Assembly: GCA_964016885.1 (NCBI GenBank)
Contig: OZ024752.1
Location: 35,216,001 to 35,280,000 of the forward strand
Direction of reading: 5' to 3'
Length of the DNA stretch: 64,000 nucleotides
Source: Eledone cirrhosa
Taxonomy: Eukaryota
Shown piece by piece: positions 27,301 to 39,519 of the stretch. Position numbers and translations under genes: made by a program. How positions within the stretch are numbered: the first letter of the stretch is position 1; every line of letters begins with the position of its first letter. The notes under the pieces are model-generated. The model was given only the letters and a program-made list of their open reading frames with translations, had not been told where the DNA came from and made no database searches.

Positions 27301-30300
27301 AGATTTGGTGGAATTATTAAAGGTTTGGGTGGACTGTCTTATGGTAGTGACTCAGATTCTTTCTGGTATTTATTTGACATTGTACATTCTGAGTTCAAAT
27401 CTCACCAAGGTCACATTTTAACCTTATGGGGGTCAAATGAATAATGTATAAGTCCAGGGGTAGGGGATTGGTAGAATTGTTAAAGAGGGGGATGGGATGC
27501 CTTATGGTATCTACTCAGGTTCCTTGGTCCAATTAGAGGAGTTCCACCCCACTCGTTAAACGAATGAGCTCTGGGATCTTGGCAATGGGTTTGATCTTTT
27601 CTGTTTTTATATATTTCTGAGTGTTGATGTTTACCTTCTCTCCACTATGTTGTCTACCTTTCAATGTCAGCCAGTTTATGGCGTGTATTGAGTACCTTAT
27701 ATTGTAGCACCAACCCTGGGGATTGTAACTTGTTCTGAGACAGGCATGACTAGTTCTAGAGTGAATAAAATGGGGAGATGGTGCTTAGGGGGACTTTTGT
27801 GTGTATAATACAAGGTGAGCATAAAGTCTTTGAAACCACAAAACACCGAGCTTTTTGTATCATAGATGCCATCTTGTTACTGAAAATTACAACTATTTCC
27901 TGTAGAAGAGAAAATATAAAACATGTTCAGAAAAACTTTAAACTTGAAATTTATGAAATTTAAACAATGAAAAAGTAAAATCTCAAATAGTATCCGAGAT
28001 ATGGTATTTTATAATCAGGGAAATACTTTATGCTCATCCTATATATATATATAAAACACTTACAATGCCATATTGAACTTTAATATTTGGTGGTTGTTTT
28101 TAATTAACCTTTAGCATGCTGAATCTTTTTATGAATTGCTTCCCTTGATACTGAATTATGTAGTAAGGAGAGATTACTCTATTGGTGACATAATGTGCCT
28201 AGAGTGTGCTGAAGGTTAAACCGTGGAATTTTCATGGGGTCAACTGGTAGATATTGTGGTTTTCATTTTTGTTCTTTTTTTTTTTTGTTATAATTTATTA
28301 TTCAAAGATTCCTGTTCACTTTCAGCTGCTTACCGAATTCATTGGGTTTACTGTTGAAGAATCTATTGTAAGTAGATGTAACATATTTCTCTTCTTCTTC
28401 ACTCACTTATTCCTGAGAAAGTCGTTGGGGGCAGAGTCCTCAAACATACCTTCCAGCAAGTGCTGTCAGAAGCAACCATCTTCAAGGACACAACACACAG
28501 CCCAGTTCAGGAATCAAACTCACAACCATAACAAAAGATAAAAATCTTCACTTATGATAGTTTAAAATAATTTATCTTCTTCATCCACTTATTCTTGGGT
28601 GGGTTGTGGGGGCAGAGTCCTCAAACACCTTCCAGCAGGTGCTGTCAGAAGCAACCATCTTCAAGGACACAACACACAGCCCAGTTCAGGAATCAAACTC
28701 ACAACCATAACAAAAGATAAAAATCTTCACTTATGATAGTTTAAAATAATTTATCTTCTTCATCCACTTATTCTTGGGTGGCTTGTGGGGGCAGAGTCCT
28801 CAAACACCTTCCAGCAGGTGCTGTCAGAAGCAACCATCTTCAAGGACACAACACACAGCCCAGTTCAGGAATCAAACTCACAACCATAACAAAAGATAAA
28901 AATCTTCAATTATGATAGTTTAAAATAATTTATCGTCTTCATCCACTTATTCTTGGGTGGGTTGTGGGGGCAGAGTCCTCAAACATACCTTCCAGCAGGT
29001 GTTGTCAGAAGCAACCATCTCCAACCGATTCAGCTGGATCCTCAAGTGAGACCAGCCAAGCTCATGGATGTTATCCAACCATCTTGCTCAGGATTTACCC
29101 CTGGGTCTCCTACTGGTTGATTTTTTTTCCTGTAAAACTGTCCAGTGATTCTTTCCTGAGACATTCTAACCACATGTCCATAATATCAGAGCTGTGATCT
29201 CTCAATTCAGAGAAGTAGTGGCTCCACCTGGAGTGACTCTCTAATCTCATCTTTCTCATTAATTTAACATTTTTTTCTCCATTCTATTAGAGCTTTCTTC
29301 AAGAACATTTTTGTAGCATTAGTGGAGATGTGTGGCCTAGTGGTAAGGGTGTTGGACTTACAATCATAATGTTGTGGGTTTGATTCCTGGACTGTGTTTT
29401 GTGTTGTATTCTTGAGCAAAATACTTTATTTCATGTTGCTCCAGTATACTTAGCTGAAAATGAGTACCAGCGATAGCCGGGGGTTTAACTCTGCGATGGA
29501 CTGGCGTCCTTTCTGGGATGAGTCTTGTACTCTCAGTACTTCACACCACAGAAACTAGGATATGTACCAGCTTAATGATCCTTTGGGCTTGAGAGACACT
29601 CTGGACTATTTAGACTCTTGTTACATTAGCTGATCATATATGTAGCATTAGTTGACCTGGTCTGTAGCATAGAAAATCAGATAATTGTTTCTACTTTTGG
29701 CACAAGGCCAGCAATTACCCAGTACATTACTGGTACTTTATTTTATCGACCCCGTAAGGATCAAAGGCAGGATTTGAACTCAAATCGTAAAGGGACGTAA
29801 CTACGCTGGAAAGCATGTCTGACCCTCTACCAATACTGCCAATCAGATAATGTAGGGAGATGTTATCACTAATGTCTGACATAGAAATACAATTGTAAAA
29901 TACTAAAAGAACATAGAACATAGAGCGGAGAGTTGTAGTTTTAGGAACTTCCAACTGGTAGATCAACTGCTGAAAGTAGCTGAAAGTTTTAGTAAAGTTT
30001 ATACAAAATAGAATTCATCATCATCATTCGTCGACTACTGTCGAGATGATGGATCTCACTCTCATGCCCCAGAATCCCCCGTCCCCCATCGCTGCCCCCA
30101 GGTCCTGTCTGATGATTCCCGTATCCCTAGAGATAACGTCAGGGAATGACAGCTTCCTACTCCTAGTCAGGCTGGAGTCAGGGTTCCAGAGCAAGAGAGC
30201 GGATATGATTTCATTGCTGGCACGGTGACAGTGGCCAGCAAATTGAGCTCTCCAGGATTTTAGAAGGGCAGAGGCTCGAGGGAGTTTGCCATAGATTTTA

Positions 30301-32076
30301 GACAAGGTGGGATGTCGTTTCCAGGATAGGTTTTGCACTCTCATTAAGAGGCGGGTATATGTGCCATCCAATCTCCTCTCAAGTTGTGATGTTAGTGTCC
30401 AAGTTTCGGATCCATAAAGTAATATGGGCTTAATGGTTGCTTGGAATATAAATAGAATTAGTTTTGATGCAATGTAAATTAGATTTGTATCGGGGTGTAT
30501 TCTCTGACAATACTTCTTCATTATTGCTGAAGTTTTTAGTTTTAATGTATTTTTCTTTTTATTTTGTTCAGAAAATGAATGCCTCTGCAGCTGAAAATCC
30601 TCATCTTAAACAGAAAATTCACCAGGTTAGACCCAGTTTTATTAACTATACCTAGTCCACCCTGTAAAGTGATTGTGTTGGTGACATGACAAAAAGTGCC
30701 CAGTCCACCCTGTATATATCTTAGCATACATAGCACTGGTAACATAATAAGATAAACCCAGTCCATCCTGTATTTGGGGAGTGCTAATGCTACAACTAAA
30801 ACCATCCAGTTCACCCACTCTGCAAACTTTCATTAAAAAAGTATACATCATTAACCCTTTAGCATTTACATTACCCTGTTTTTGCTATTGTATGTTCATG
30901 GTAAAGGCTTTACCTCACATAATATTGAATTTATGATATTTTGATATCATTTATTTTGAGAGAGTGAAGGCGTGTGGCTGAGGGGTTAGAGAATTGGATT
31001 CATAATCTTGAGGTTATGAGTTCGATTCCTGGACTGGGTGATGCGTTAGGTCCTTGAGCAAGACACTTTATTTCACGTTGCTCTTTCTACATGGAGTTGC
31101 AACCGATAGATAGTACTAGCAACTGAAAAGACCAATGGAAACATTGTTTCCTCGGTCCGATTTGACAAAATTCAATCGACCCTTTTTTTTTTATTTTGAG
31201 AACAGTACCTTAACATAAATTTGAGCAGTCGGTTACAGTTGGTTTGAACAGAAAGAGGTGAGAGAATTCTGGCTGGATATGGCCAGTTTAAATGCTGAAG
31301 GGTTAAGAAAGTTATGAGAAAACCAAGCCTTTTGGAGTGCATAAAATTTGAGCATGTATTCTACAATTAATTTTTTGATATTCTACAACTATTTAAAAAA
31401 AATTGTAAATACATTGTTTGTGAAACTCAAATTTTCAAACATATGAAGCACCGTAGAAATAAATTTTTCAAAGAATGTAGGAAGCTCAGATGCAGAAAAT
31501 AACTTCAATTATTTTAATTTCCTATGGAGGCACATGGCTTAGTGGTTAGAGCATTGGCCTTGCAATCGAAAGGTTGTGAGTTCAATTCTCAGACCGGGTG
31601 ATGTGTTGTTTCCTTGAGCAAGACACTTTATTTCACATTGCTCCAGTTTACTCAGCTGTAGAAATGAGATGAAAGGGACTGGGGTCCATATCATACCACT
31701 GCAAAGTGGTCGTGGAGGTGCCACGGCAAAAAAGCACCCAGCACTCACTGTAAATGAGGTTGGTGTTAGGAAGGGCATCCAGCTGTAGAAATTCAGCCAG
31801 AATCAGTTCCCGTCCCACCCTTGCAAGCAGGGAAAAGCGGACGTAAAATGATGATGATGATGATGATGACCTATGTTATAAGCTTGTTGTTTTATATTTT
31901 GTGTCTTGCAGGGACTTCAACAATGTCAATTGAAGATTGTGAATTTGTACAACATATTCGAGATTGAAATGAACCAAAATTATTCCAACCCAGTCGTAAC
32001 CAAAATTCATCCAATCACTACAGAAATTCTAAACCAGTTGCAGACACATCTTGCTACTGTGTTAGATAAGATATAA
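11829..32076 (+). CDS. RMI1: RecQ-mediated genome instability protein 1, 15 coding exons, 2085 nt CDS (~694 aa)
   Basis: Exons 11829-11924, 13203-13349, 13938-14048, 15906-16025, 17871-18004, 19874-20010, 20646-20685, 20954-21006, 22433-22482, 23806-24544, 25177-25262, 26413-26523, 28326-28367, 30572-30625, 31912-32076. All GT-AG with compatible phases. Motifs VYEQWLAADL, LNGFYCLQ, RMLKMEMTDG..GIEYKPI..PGCK, VLGGEID, PFTYL, NDGTG.L.VD, IGFT, GLQQCQ match the RMI1 N- and C-terminal OB folds. Confidence 0.95.
12240..12475 (+). mobile_element. Decayed RTE LINE 3' fragment
   Basis: LGWLGHITRLPSER..QVLYW...RGRPKMNW with stops. Confidence 0.7.
13203..13349 (+). CDS. RMI1: RMI1 coding exon 2
   Basis: QVYEQWLAADL...LNGFYCLQ; ttttcag / gtaaaa. 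Confidence 0.95.
13938..14048 (+). CDS. RMI1: RMI1 coding exon 3
   Basis: MNSILDITTSYYTQQVKMKG; ttgcag / gtatat. Confidence 0.9.
14918..15065 (-). mobile_element. RTE LINE fragment
   Basis: DGCYTRMLRMALNI...ELYGSLP..QRRLRLAGH. Confidence 0.75.
15243..15725 (+). mobile_element. CORE-like tRNA-SINE with five internal 63-bp tandem repeats
   Basis: A box TGGCTTAGTGG, B box AGTTCAATTC, core ccttgagcaagacacttt..ctgtagaaatgag; 63-bp unit repeated at 15345-15676. Confidence 0.88.
15906..16025 (+). CDS. RMI1: RMI1 coding exon 4
   Basis: RMLKMEMTDGTTVVHGIEYKPIATLNVNISPGCK; ttctag / gttggt. Confidence 0.95.
16461..16800 (+). mobile_element. Full-length CORE-like tRNA-SINE with RTE-type tail
   Basis: tRNA head, CORE-like box and ccacccttgcaagcaggg tail; near-identical to 31525-31869. 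Confidence 0.9.
17436..17787 (-). mobile_element. Full-length CORE-like tRNA-SINE (inverted relative to the 16461 copy)
   Basis: Reverse complement of the 16461-16800 element with a (CAT)n tail. Confidence 0.9.
17871..18004 (+). CDS. RMI1: RMI1 coding exon 5
   Basis: LLIKGNILCRNGILMLSNENICVLGGEIDSL; ttttcag / gtaagt. Confidence 0.95.
18790..19860. repeat. Complex tandem repeat: ~50-bp TGATCA-rich subunits, three near-identical 202-bp units
   Basis: Near-identical blocks start at 19271, 19473 and 19675. Confidence 0.9.
19874..20010 (+). CDS. RMI1: RMI1 coding exon 6 (linker)
   Basis: Phase 2 to 1, open; tttttag / gtaagt. Confidence 0.8.
20097..20485. repeat. ~81-bp tandem repeat, 4-5 copies
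   Basis: aacaacctaaa at 20114, 20195, 20276, etc. Confidence 0.85.
20646..20685 (+). CDS. RMI1: RMI1 coding exon 7 (40-nt linker exon)
   Basis: Phase 1 to 2; ttttag / gtaaga. Confidence 0.7.
20954..21006 (+). CDS. RMI1: RMI1 coding exon 8 (53-nt linker exon)
   Basis: Phase 2 to 1; cttccag / gtaaga. Confidence 0.7.
22433..22482 (+). CDS. RMI1: RMI1 coding exon 9 (50-nt linker exon)
   Basis: Phase 1 to 0; ttttatag / gtatat. Confidence 0.7.
22600..23415 (+). mobile_element. Cluster of tandem Meta-domain-like SINE copies and fragments
   Basis: At least four copies of the gcctttcatcc..gtcgataaaataaagtaccag core. Confidence 0.85.
23806..24544 (+). CDS. RMI1: RMI1 coding exon 10 (acidic, poly-Gly/poly-Ser linker)
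   Basis: 739-nt open exon, phase 0 to 1; ttttag / gtaagt. Confidence 0.88.
24575..24967 (-). mobile_element. CORE-like tRNA-SINE, long-tail variant
   Basis: Reverse complement of head and core, plus aacccatgctagcgtggaagaacggacgtaaaacg(ATG)n tail. Confidence 0.88.
25177..25262 (+). CDS. RMI1: RMI1 coding exon 11
   Basis: PFTYLFLL...FYIK, start of the C-terminal OB fold; tttcag / gtaagt. Confidence 0.9.
26413..26523 (+). CDS. RMI1: RMI1 coding exon 12
   Basis: GYVSTLLSRL..GIWQLKCMLNDGTGTLPVDLSNE; gacag / gtaata. Confidence 0.93.
28326..28367 (+). CDS. RMI1: RMI1 coding exon 13
   Basis: LLTEFIGFTVEESI; tttcag / gtaagt. Confidence 0.9.
28390..29020. repeat. ~180-bp tandem repeat (3+ copies) made of LINE-tail and SINE-head fragments
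   Basis: ggggcagagtcctcaaaca at ~28428, 28608, 28787, 28966. Confidence 0.88.
29323..29595 (+). mobile_element. tRNA-SINE whose head matches the 87-bp satellite unit
   Basis: tgtggcctagtggtaagggtgttggacttacaatcataatgttgtgggtttgattcctggactg followed by a CORE-like box; related copy at ~13455-13692 (-). Confidence 0.85.
30015..30450 (-). mobile_element. 5'-truncated RTE LINE
   Basis: FQATIKPILLYGSETWTLT..LDGTYTRLLMRV..FAGHC; (ATG)n tail. Confidence 0.88.
30572..30625 (+). CDS. RMI1: RMI1 coding exon 14
   Basis: KMNASAAENPHLKQKIHQ; gttcag / gttaga. Confidence 0.85.
31525..31869 (+). mobile_element. Full-length CORE-like tRNA-SINE with RTE-type tail
   Basis: Head, core and tail intact; last ~50 bp identical to the RTE 3' end at 33777-33829. 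Confidence 0.9.
31912..32076 (+). CDS. RMI1: RMI1 coding exon 15 (terminal)
   Basis: GLQQCQLKIVNLYNIFEIE...DKI*; cttgcag acceptor, TAA at 32074-32076. Confidence 0.92.
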   Translation, partial: GLQQCQLKIVNLYNIFEIEMNQNYSNPVVTKIHPITTEILNQLQTHLATVLDKI

Positions 32077-32077
32077 A

Positions 32078-32511
32078 TACAAGGGTAGACTGAAAAGTTC
32101 CTGAAAAGTCTCCTATGAAGGAGAGATGCTAGAGCTGTGAAATCTTACATGCATTAATTTCAACTCTTCTTATTAATAACTGCATTGTTTCTTTCTATGG
32201 ACTATGTTGAAAAATAAACCTCGTTTGGTCGTTCCATGAGAGTATCTTGGTCAACCTATGAAGGAGTGATGCTAGAGCTGTGAAATCTTGCATGCATTAA
32301 TTTCAACTCTTCTTATTAATAACTGCATTGTTTCTTTCTATGGACTATGTTGAAAAGTAAACCTCGTTCGGTCATTCCATGAGAGTATCTTGGTCAGCCT
32401 ATGAAGGAGTGATGCTAGAGCTGTGAAATCTTGCATGCATTAATTTCAAATCTTCTAATTTCAACTCTTCTCATCTTGGTCAGCCTATGAACTTTTCAGC
32501 TGACGCTCGTA
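32078..32511. mobile_element. Mariner-like MITE with internal tandem duplications, in the RMI1 3' UTR
   Basis: TA-caagggtagactgaaaagttc ... gaacttttcagctgacgctcg-TA. Confidence 0.75.
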
Positions 32512-32602
32512 AATACTTAAACCCTGAACTAATAGATATACTATCTATTACATTACACCTACAAGAATCAATATTTTCAATGTTCAATATAATTTAATAA
32601 TA

Positions 32603-32608
32603 AATAAA
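32603..32608 (+). promoter_or_regulatory. Candidate RMI1 polyadenylation signal
   Basis: First AATAAA in unique sequence after the 3' UTR MITE; T-rich sequence downstream. Confidence 0.4.
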
Positions 32609-32723
32609 GCTTTAAATGAAAAACTCTTCAAGATTACCAAAAATATTAATAAAAATATATTTTAGTTTTTTAAATATATTTAATTTTTTTTATACCATAT
32701 TTTATGAACTTTGGATAAATAAT

Positions 32724-32912
32724 AATTGTTTCTACTTTTAGCACAAGGCCAGCAATTGCTCCAGTGTATTACTGGTACTTTATTTTATTGACCCTGTTAG
32801 GATGAAAGGCAAAGTTTACCTCGGCGGGATTTGAACTCAGACCGTAAAGGGGCATAACTCTATGCTGCAAAGCATGGCGTCCGACCCTCTACCAATACTG
32901 CCAATCCACCCC
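32724..32912 (-). mobile_element. Full-length Meta-domain-like tRNA-SINE
   Basis: Complete head, core and tail; flanked by duplicated ctttggataaata. Confidence 0.88.
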
Positions 32913-32954
32913 TGCCCTCTTTGGATAAATAGTTGTTTCTACTTTTGGCATAAG

Positions 32955-32989
<35 letters not shown>

Positions 32990-33021
32990 CGTCCCCTCAA
33001 TCTATTTTATTTCTCATTCCT

Positions 33022-33057
33022 TCTTCTGATGAAGGACTAGTGTCCGAAACGTTAAGA
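33022..33057 (+). ncRNA. Minimal type-I hammerhead ribozyme motif (Penelope-like)
   Basis: TCTT-CTGATGA-A-GGAC-TAGT-GTCC-GAAA-CGT-T-AAGA: intact core, stems I and II pair, palindromic ACGT stem III. Confidence 0.75.
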
Positions 33058-33159
33058 CCCTCTTCCTGCTATATCAAGCATTAACCTAATATATACCTTC
33101 CAAATACTGTACCGATTGTGTTGTTATTTCTGTTTACCTTTTATATATATATATATAAG

Positions 33160-33829
33160 AAGTCGCATTGATAGACACATTTTTCAAATGCAGGAGGGCG
33201 CTATAGAAGTGGTGGATAGCTTCCGGTACCTAGGAGATCAGATTAGCATGGGAGGAGGGTGTTCCGAGGCCATAGTATCTAGAATAAGGACGGGTTGGAA
33301 GAAGTTTAGGGAGCTGCTTCCTCTGTTGACGAAGAAGGGTTTCTCCCTGCGTACGAAAGGCCGGTTGTATGATCCCTGTGTGAGGAGCGCGATGCTGCAT
33401 GGTAGTGAGACATGGGCAGCAACTGCAGAGGATATGCGACGGCTGGAGAGAAATGAGGCAAGCATGCTCCGTTGGATGTGCAGTGTAAATGTGCGTGAAC
33501 GACCCAGCATAAATGTGTTGAGAGAGAAACTGTGTCTGAGAGGGATAGAATGTAGTGTACGGGAGAGGAGACTGAGGTGGTATGGACATGTGATGTGCAT
33601 GGAGGATGACCGATGGGTGAAGAAGTGCCATGAAATGCCAGTTGAAGGAAGATGTGGTAGAGGTAGACCACGAAAAACATGGGCAGAGGTGGTGAGAACA
33701 GACCTCAGATCATTGAAGCTCACGGTGGAGATGACGAAGGACCGTGACAAGTGGAGAGATGCTGTGCTGAATAAGACCCGTCCCACCCTTGCAAGCAGGG
33801 AAAAGCGGACGTAAAATGATGATGATGAT
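33160..33829 (+). mobile_element. 5'-truncated young RTE LINE (open C-terminal ORF)
   Basis: EVVDSFRYLG..RIRTGWKKF..LHGSETW..RRLRWYGHV..GRGRPRKTW; (ATG)n tail; inserted after (TA)n. Confidence 0.93.
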
Positions 33830-34006
33830 ATATATATAGTTTTTTAAAAAGTAAACAGAGGACAAAAGACAGGAAAACAAAGAGGCAGTACAAATGATAT
33901 TATTAGTTTCACGCTTGAGAGTGGAGGGTGGTGGGTGATATACTGTACCTATTGTGTTGTTATTTCTGTTTAACTTTTACATAGATACATACATATATAT
34001 ATTTCA

Positions 34007-34039
<33 letters not shown>

Positions 34040-34202
34040 ATACACATGTATTAGAAAGTCAGGGTCCAACGACTAAGGTCTCAACTCTTTCTAATATAGT
34101 CACACTCTACTATCCCAAGTATCGAGTACTCAGTTTTATAATGGTCTGACTAGTTTAATACCTTTTTAATCGTGATCTATATATATATCGAGTACATAAA
34201 TG

Positions 34203-34266
<64 letters not shown>

Positions 34267-34367
34267 AATTAAAATACTAGAGTGTGTTGGAGTTAAACAC
34301 CCTCTTCATATTATAGAAATGACAGTAAAGGTATAGCTCAATGTAATTAAACAGAGCCGAAGAATTA

Positions 34368-34402
<35 letters not shown>

Positions 34403-34903
34403 CAGACAGTTGAAAATTGCAAACTTGACTGCCACCACATATTATGAACCTGAAGATTGCGAAAGCATGAAAGTACTTGTTCAATTAACACTTAGAATTT
34501 AATATTCTATCATACTATTTCATTATAATACCATTATAAATTTTAAAGGATTGTAAATAAAACGATTAAATCAGACAAAGTTGGAATTCCTCTTATTAAT
34601 ATATATATATATATATATAATTAATACAATAACAGAGATAGTTTAAAGCTAATCTCTGACTGGTAACCATCTCACTCAACAAACATTAGGTTATATTTTA
34701 ATATAAACCCAATTTAAGTGTTTGGGGTGCTAACAATATGTATTATGTGGAAAAGCCAGTTGTATTATTTTATGAGATATAATTAAAGTTAAAATATCTC
34801 TCTCTTTCCAAACAATTGTTTCAATATAAGTTTTCTACAAATTCGGAGAATATTTCCAGTTTATGTAGAAGCCTAATATACATTCATGTAAGAAATACAT
34901 TTC

Positions 34904-34945
<42 letters not shown>

Positions 34946-35517
34946 GAAATGCACACACATATTCACATCTATATGTGTGTGTGTGGTGTCTACCATAACA
35001 AGTTTTGCTCGATCACCGAAAGAGCCAAAATAATAAAAATAATAAAATTAACTCCCTCGCCTATGATAAGCCGTATCAACTTCACAGCGATGATGCACTT
35101 TTATAGTGCAATAATCATTACACACGGATCGGCGAAAAGCAGTCGGGACTTTGAAGAAAAAATAGGTATATTTTTGTATATTATTTCCTCATATTTTGTA
35201 ATTTGATATATATTTATATATATATATATATATATATATAGTTATGTAATAAATTTATTACATAACTATTAAGCTCTGTTACCTACATAGAGCACTCTTT
35301 TTTCCTGGACTTTTCCGACGGAATTACTTCATTTATATATATATATATATATGTATATGTATTATCTCCTAGGCCTAATAATTAATTAATTAATTCATTA
35401 AATTAATTTAATTAGACAATTCCATTGATTGATTATTTATTTATGTTTGTTTAATATCCCTGGTATTGTATCTCGTTGGCTAGGCTACAGCCGAAGCTTC
35501 GATTTTACTAAACTTCA

Positions 35518-36478
<961 letters not shown>

Positions 36479-36642
36479 GTTGGTGTATCTCAAGCAACAT
36501 ATATATGTAGAGTTGTGTATATTTGTGTGGTTCAGGCAAGGTAAGAAGAGTGGGCTGTAGGGAGAAGCTAGAAAAATACAATAAACGAGATACGTTTATT
36601 GTATTTTATTTTATGCTAGTTTCTCCCTCTCAGCCCCCTATA

Positions 36643-38400
36643 TAGATTTTCAGCGTATAAGGAGCAACTTTATTTTGAAGAAAAAAGTTTGGGTAAAACG
36701 TTATCTAGCATTTAGAAGATTTTTATTGAATAAAAAATTCAACTTGATATAAAAAAAAAGCGAACAAACAAAAAACTATTGTTTCAGACATAAAAGTGCT
36801 CAAAATATCTAAACAAAAATTCTTAATCCACAAAAAGGATCTAGTTAGTTACAAAACCTACACGATATGTGTTGCTTTCTCCTTATCGTTGGGAGGGAAA
36901 GGTGTCTAAAATATCCTTCATTCGATGTTTACCATTTTCGATGATGATATCACCCTCGTTATCTTCCAAAAGCGTTACTGATAACATATTAAAAAAAAGT
37001 CCCTTTATCATATCACTATTTTTCTCGACGAATTTTCCATTTAAACACACGAACAAAAGTCGATCTTTTCCTCCGCTCAGTAAGTGTCGTAGCGAAAACG
37101 TTCCTCCTCCTACATCCATTTGTTCACTTGTTCTATTCTTATCTCATGAAAGTGTTAAAGGGCTTATTAATGTATGTATGGATCCATAACTCGTGATGGG
37201 GTTGTAAGGGCGCCGTCGTGACATACAGCGAGTTTTGGGGCAGTTTAAATCTGGTGGAGTCCGTATCCTCTTCAGGTCTGAACGCAACCGATTTCTTCCA
37301 GAGAAGGAGAGAGGAAGTGAGAAGGAGATAGAACGAAAAAAAATCGACCCCGGTACTACACTAGCATTCTTTTTTTAATCAACCTCGAAAGAATGAAAGG
37401 CAATGTTGATCTCGGCAGAATTTGAACTCAGTGAGCACAGAGCCGGAATGAATACCGCAAAGCATTCTATCCGTCTTTCTAACGACTCTACGAATTTATC
37501 GCCTATAGTTTGTTAAGAAAGGTTGAAATGAACTTGTTAAATCGCCGAGTATAATAATAATAACCAATTGAGTCTTTAACTCAGAGTTTACTATTATTTT
37601 TTCCCTGCCCAGACGACAGAGAAGACTTTTTTAACGCCTCATACACTGGACTTTTAGACCAACCTTTTTAAACCACAGAAATATTATTTCATTCATCAAC
37701 CCCACCCATAATGAAACTCATGAAGGTAAAGACCACTGGGTAGGCATTGCTTTTCGTTTAAAAATTAACATTGGGGGGAATTTTGTTCCATCTGTACTCG
37801 ATACTATTGTGAAGTGGATTTTCTCATGTACAGTAGCCTTAGCTAATAGATTTAGTACCTTTTATATCTGTAGTTTTATTACGTAGAACATCGAAGCCTA
37901 AAGGAGTTTCATCCATGTTTGCTATTTCAGACAATTCAAATGGAGTTAACTCTATAATATAATACATAATAATATAATGTATCTAGATATATAATTCAAT
38001 TACAAATTTTCCTCTCGAATAACGTTGAGGATTATTCGAGAAATTTTCGTTTTAGTTCTCTTTACTAGGCTTTTGTGTTTCAAGAAGTAATACCACCAGA
38101 TATATAACCAGTAAAATCGTCCAAATTATTATTACCGACAATCTAAAAACGATAATATTTATTGAAACAGAAATGTCTTGCCTTCTCTAATCTACAACCC
38201 AATGATAAAATTAATTTCCAACATCATCTTTTTCTCCGCTTCCCTCGGAAATTGCGTTTATTTGTTCAACAATTTGACCATAGCTGCCAAAAAACGAACG
38301 ATATCCTCAGTAGTTATAGGATAGTTAAACTGTACCCTTCCTGCCAAGACACGAAGTAACACAGTATTTCGTTTAAGGAGGCCCAAAATGTCGAAAATAT
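36643..38400 (-). pseudogene. Decayed pogo/Tigger-family DDE transposase, interrupted by a repeat/SINE at ~37200-37505
   Basis: Minus-strand motifs WWYYFLKHKSLVKRTKTKIS (CENP-B HTH), IANMDETPLGFDV, HEKIHFT..DGTKFPPMLIFKRK, GWMNE, ILGDLTSSFQP, INKPF; many stops and frameshifts. Confidence 0.85.
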
Positions 38401-39285
38401 TTTGTACCGCGTTCAACAGCAATGTATTTTTGTGTATATATATATATATATATATATTATAATAATTGTTTCTACTTTTGGCACAAGGCCAGCAATTACC
38501 CAGTGTATTACTGGTACTTTATTTTATCGATTATGGGTTTTAAATTATTATAAATGTAAGCTATCGCCGTATTTTGACTCAAGAAATTAAAGAAATTATT
38601 TAGTCTGATATTATTTAGTCTGATAAGTACCAGTAATGTACTGGGTAATTGCTGGCCTTGTGCCAAAAGTAGAAACAATTATTTAGTCTGATAAGAACCC
38701 TCGGAGAAATGGAAAAAGATGAGTATTGACGTACATGGGAGTCGAACCCACATCTTTATATGTTGGTGTAAATGGTAGCACAGTGGTCCGGATAACCAAA
38801 GCGGTTACATATATCGTTTATATCATAATACTTATTTCTGCGGTTCTCCATGCAATCGAGATGTCCTTCATGCATTTGCTGTTGATTATGAGAACGGTTT
38901 CCTCAAATGAAGATCGATATATTTGATATGCCGCTGGCATATCATATATGTGTGGCACACAACACACACACAAAAACAAGATGGCGTAGGACAGAACAAA
39001 GGAGAGGCACAAAAAACAAAGAAAAGAACCCCCAGTCACTGAAGAGGTAACATAATGTGTGACGAAAGAACTTTGACAATATATAAACAACCATCTGGTT
39101 GTGGAACCAACCAACCAACCGGAAATTTATAAATTCCTAAATTTATAAATTTATTATAATAAATTGAAGTGAAAGCAACTGGTGCGTGTGTTTCTTATTG
39201 GCAACATGACCCTCCCAAAGTATAACAATATCGGTTTCAACACACGTTTTCAGATAAAGAATCTTGCTAAACAAATTCAGAAACG

Positions 39286-39329
<44 letters not shown>

Positions 39330-39519
39330 GTCCTGTATTTTCGTTGCTCTGGTGATGCGGTCGGACTGCCGACTGCTATATCTAATTTGTTAAGCTGTCT
39401 GAACATAATGTTATACTCTGGGGTCTTACCTCATATGAGTGCTAAAGCTACAAACCGAATAAGCATACACGCTAGCCTGGCCGTATACTAGAGCTTCGTC
39501 TATGCTGTACTAGTACATG

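Noticed and set aside
36883-37119. 78-aa ORF as a host gene
   Set aside because: Lies within the decayed pogo transposase.
38720-38810. tRNA gene (GGTTCGACTCC on the minus strand)
   Set aside because: A B box is present but no cloverleaf could be built.
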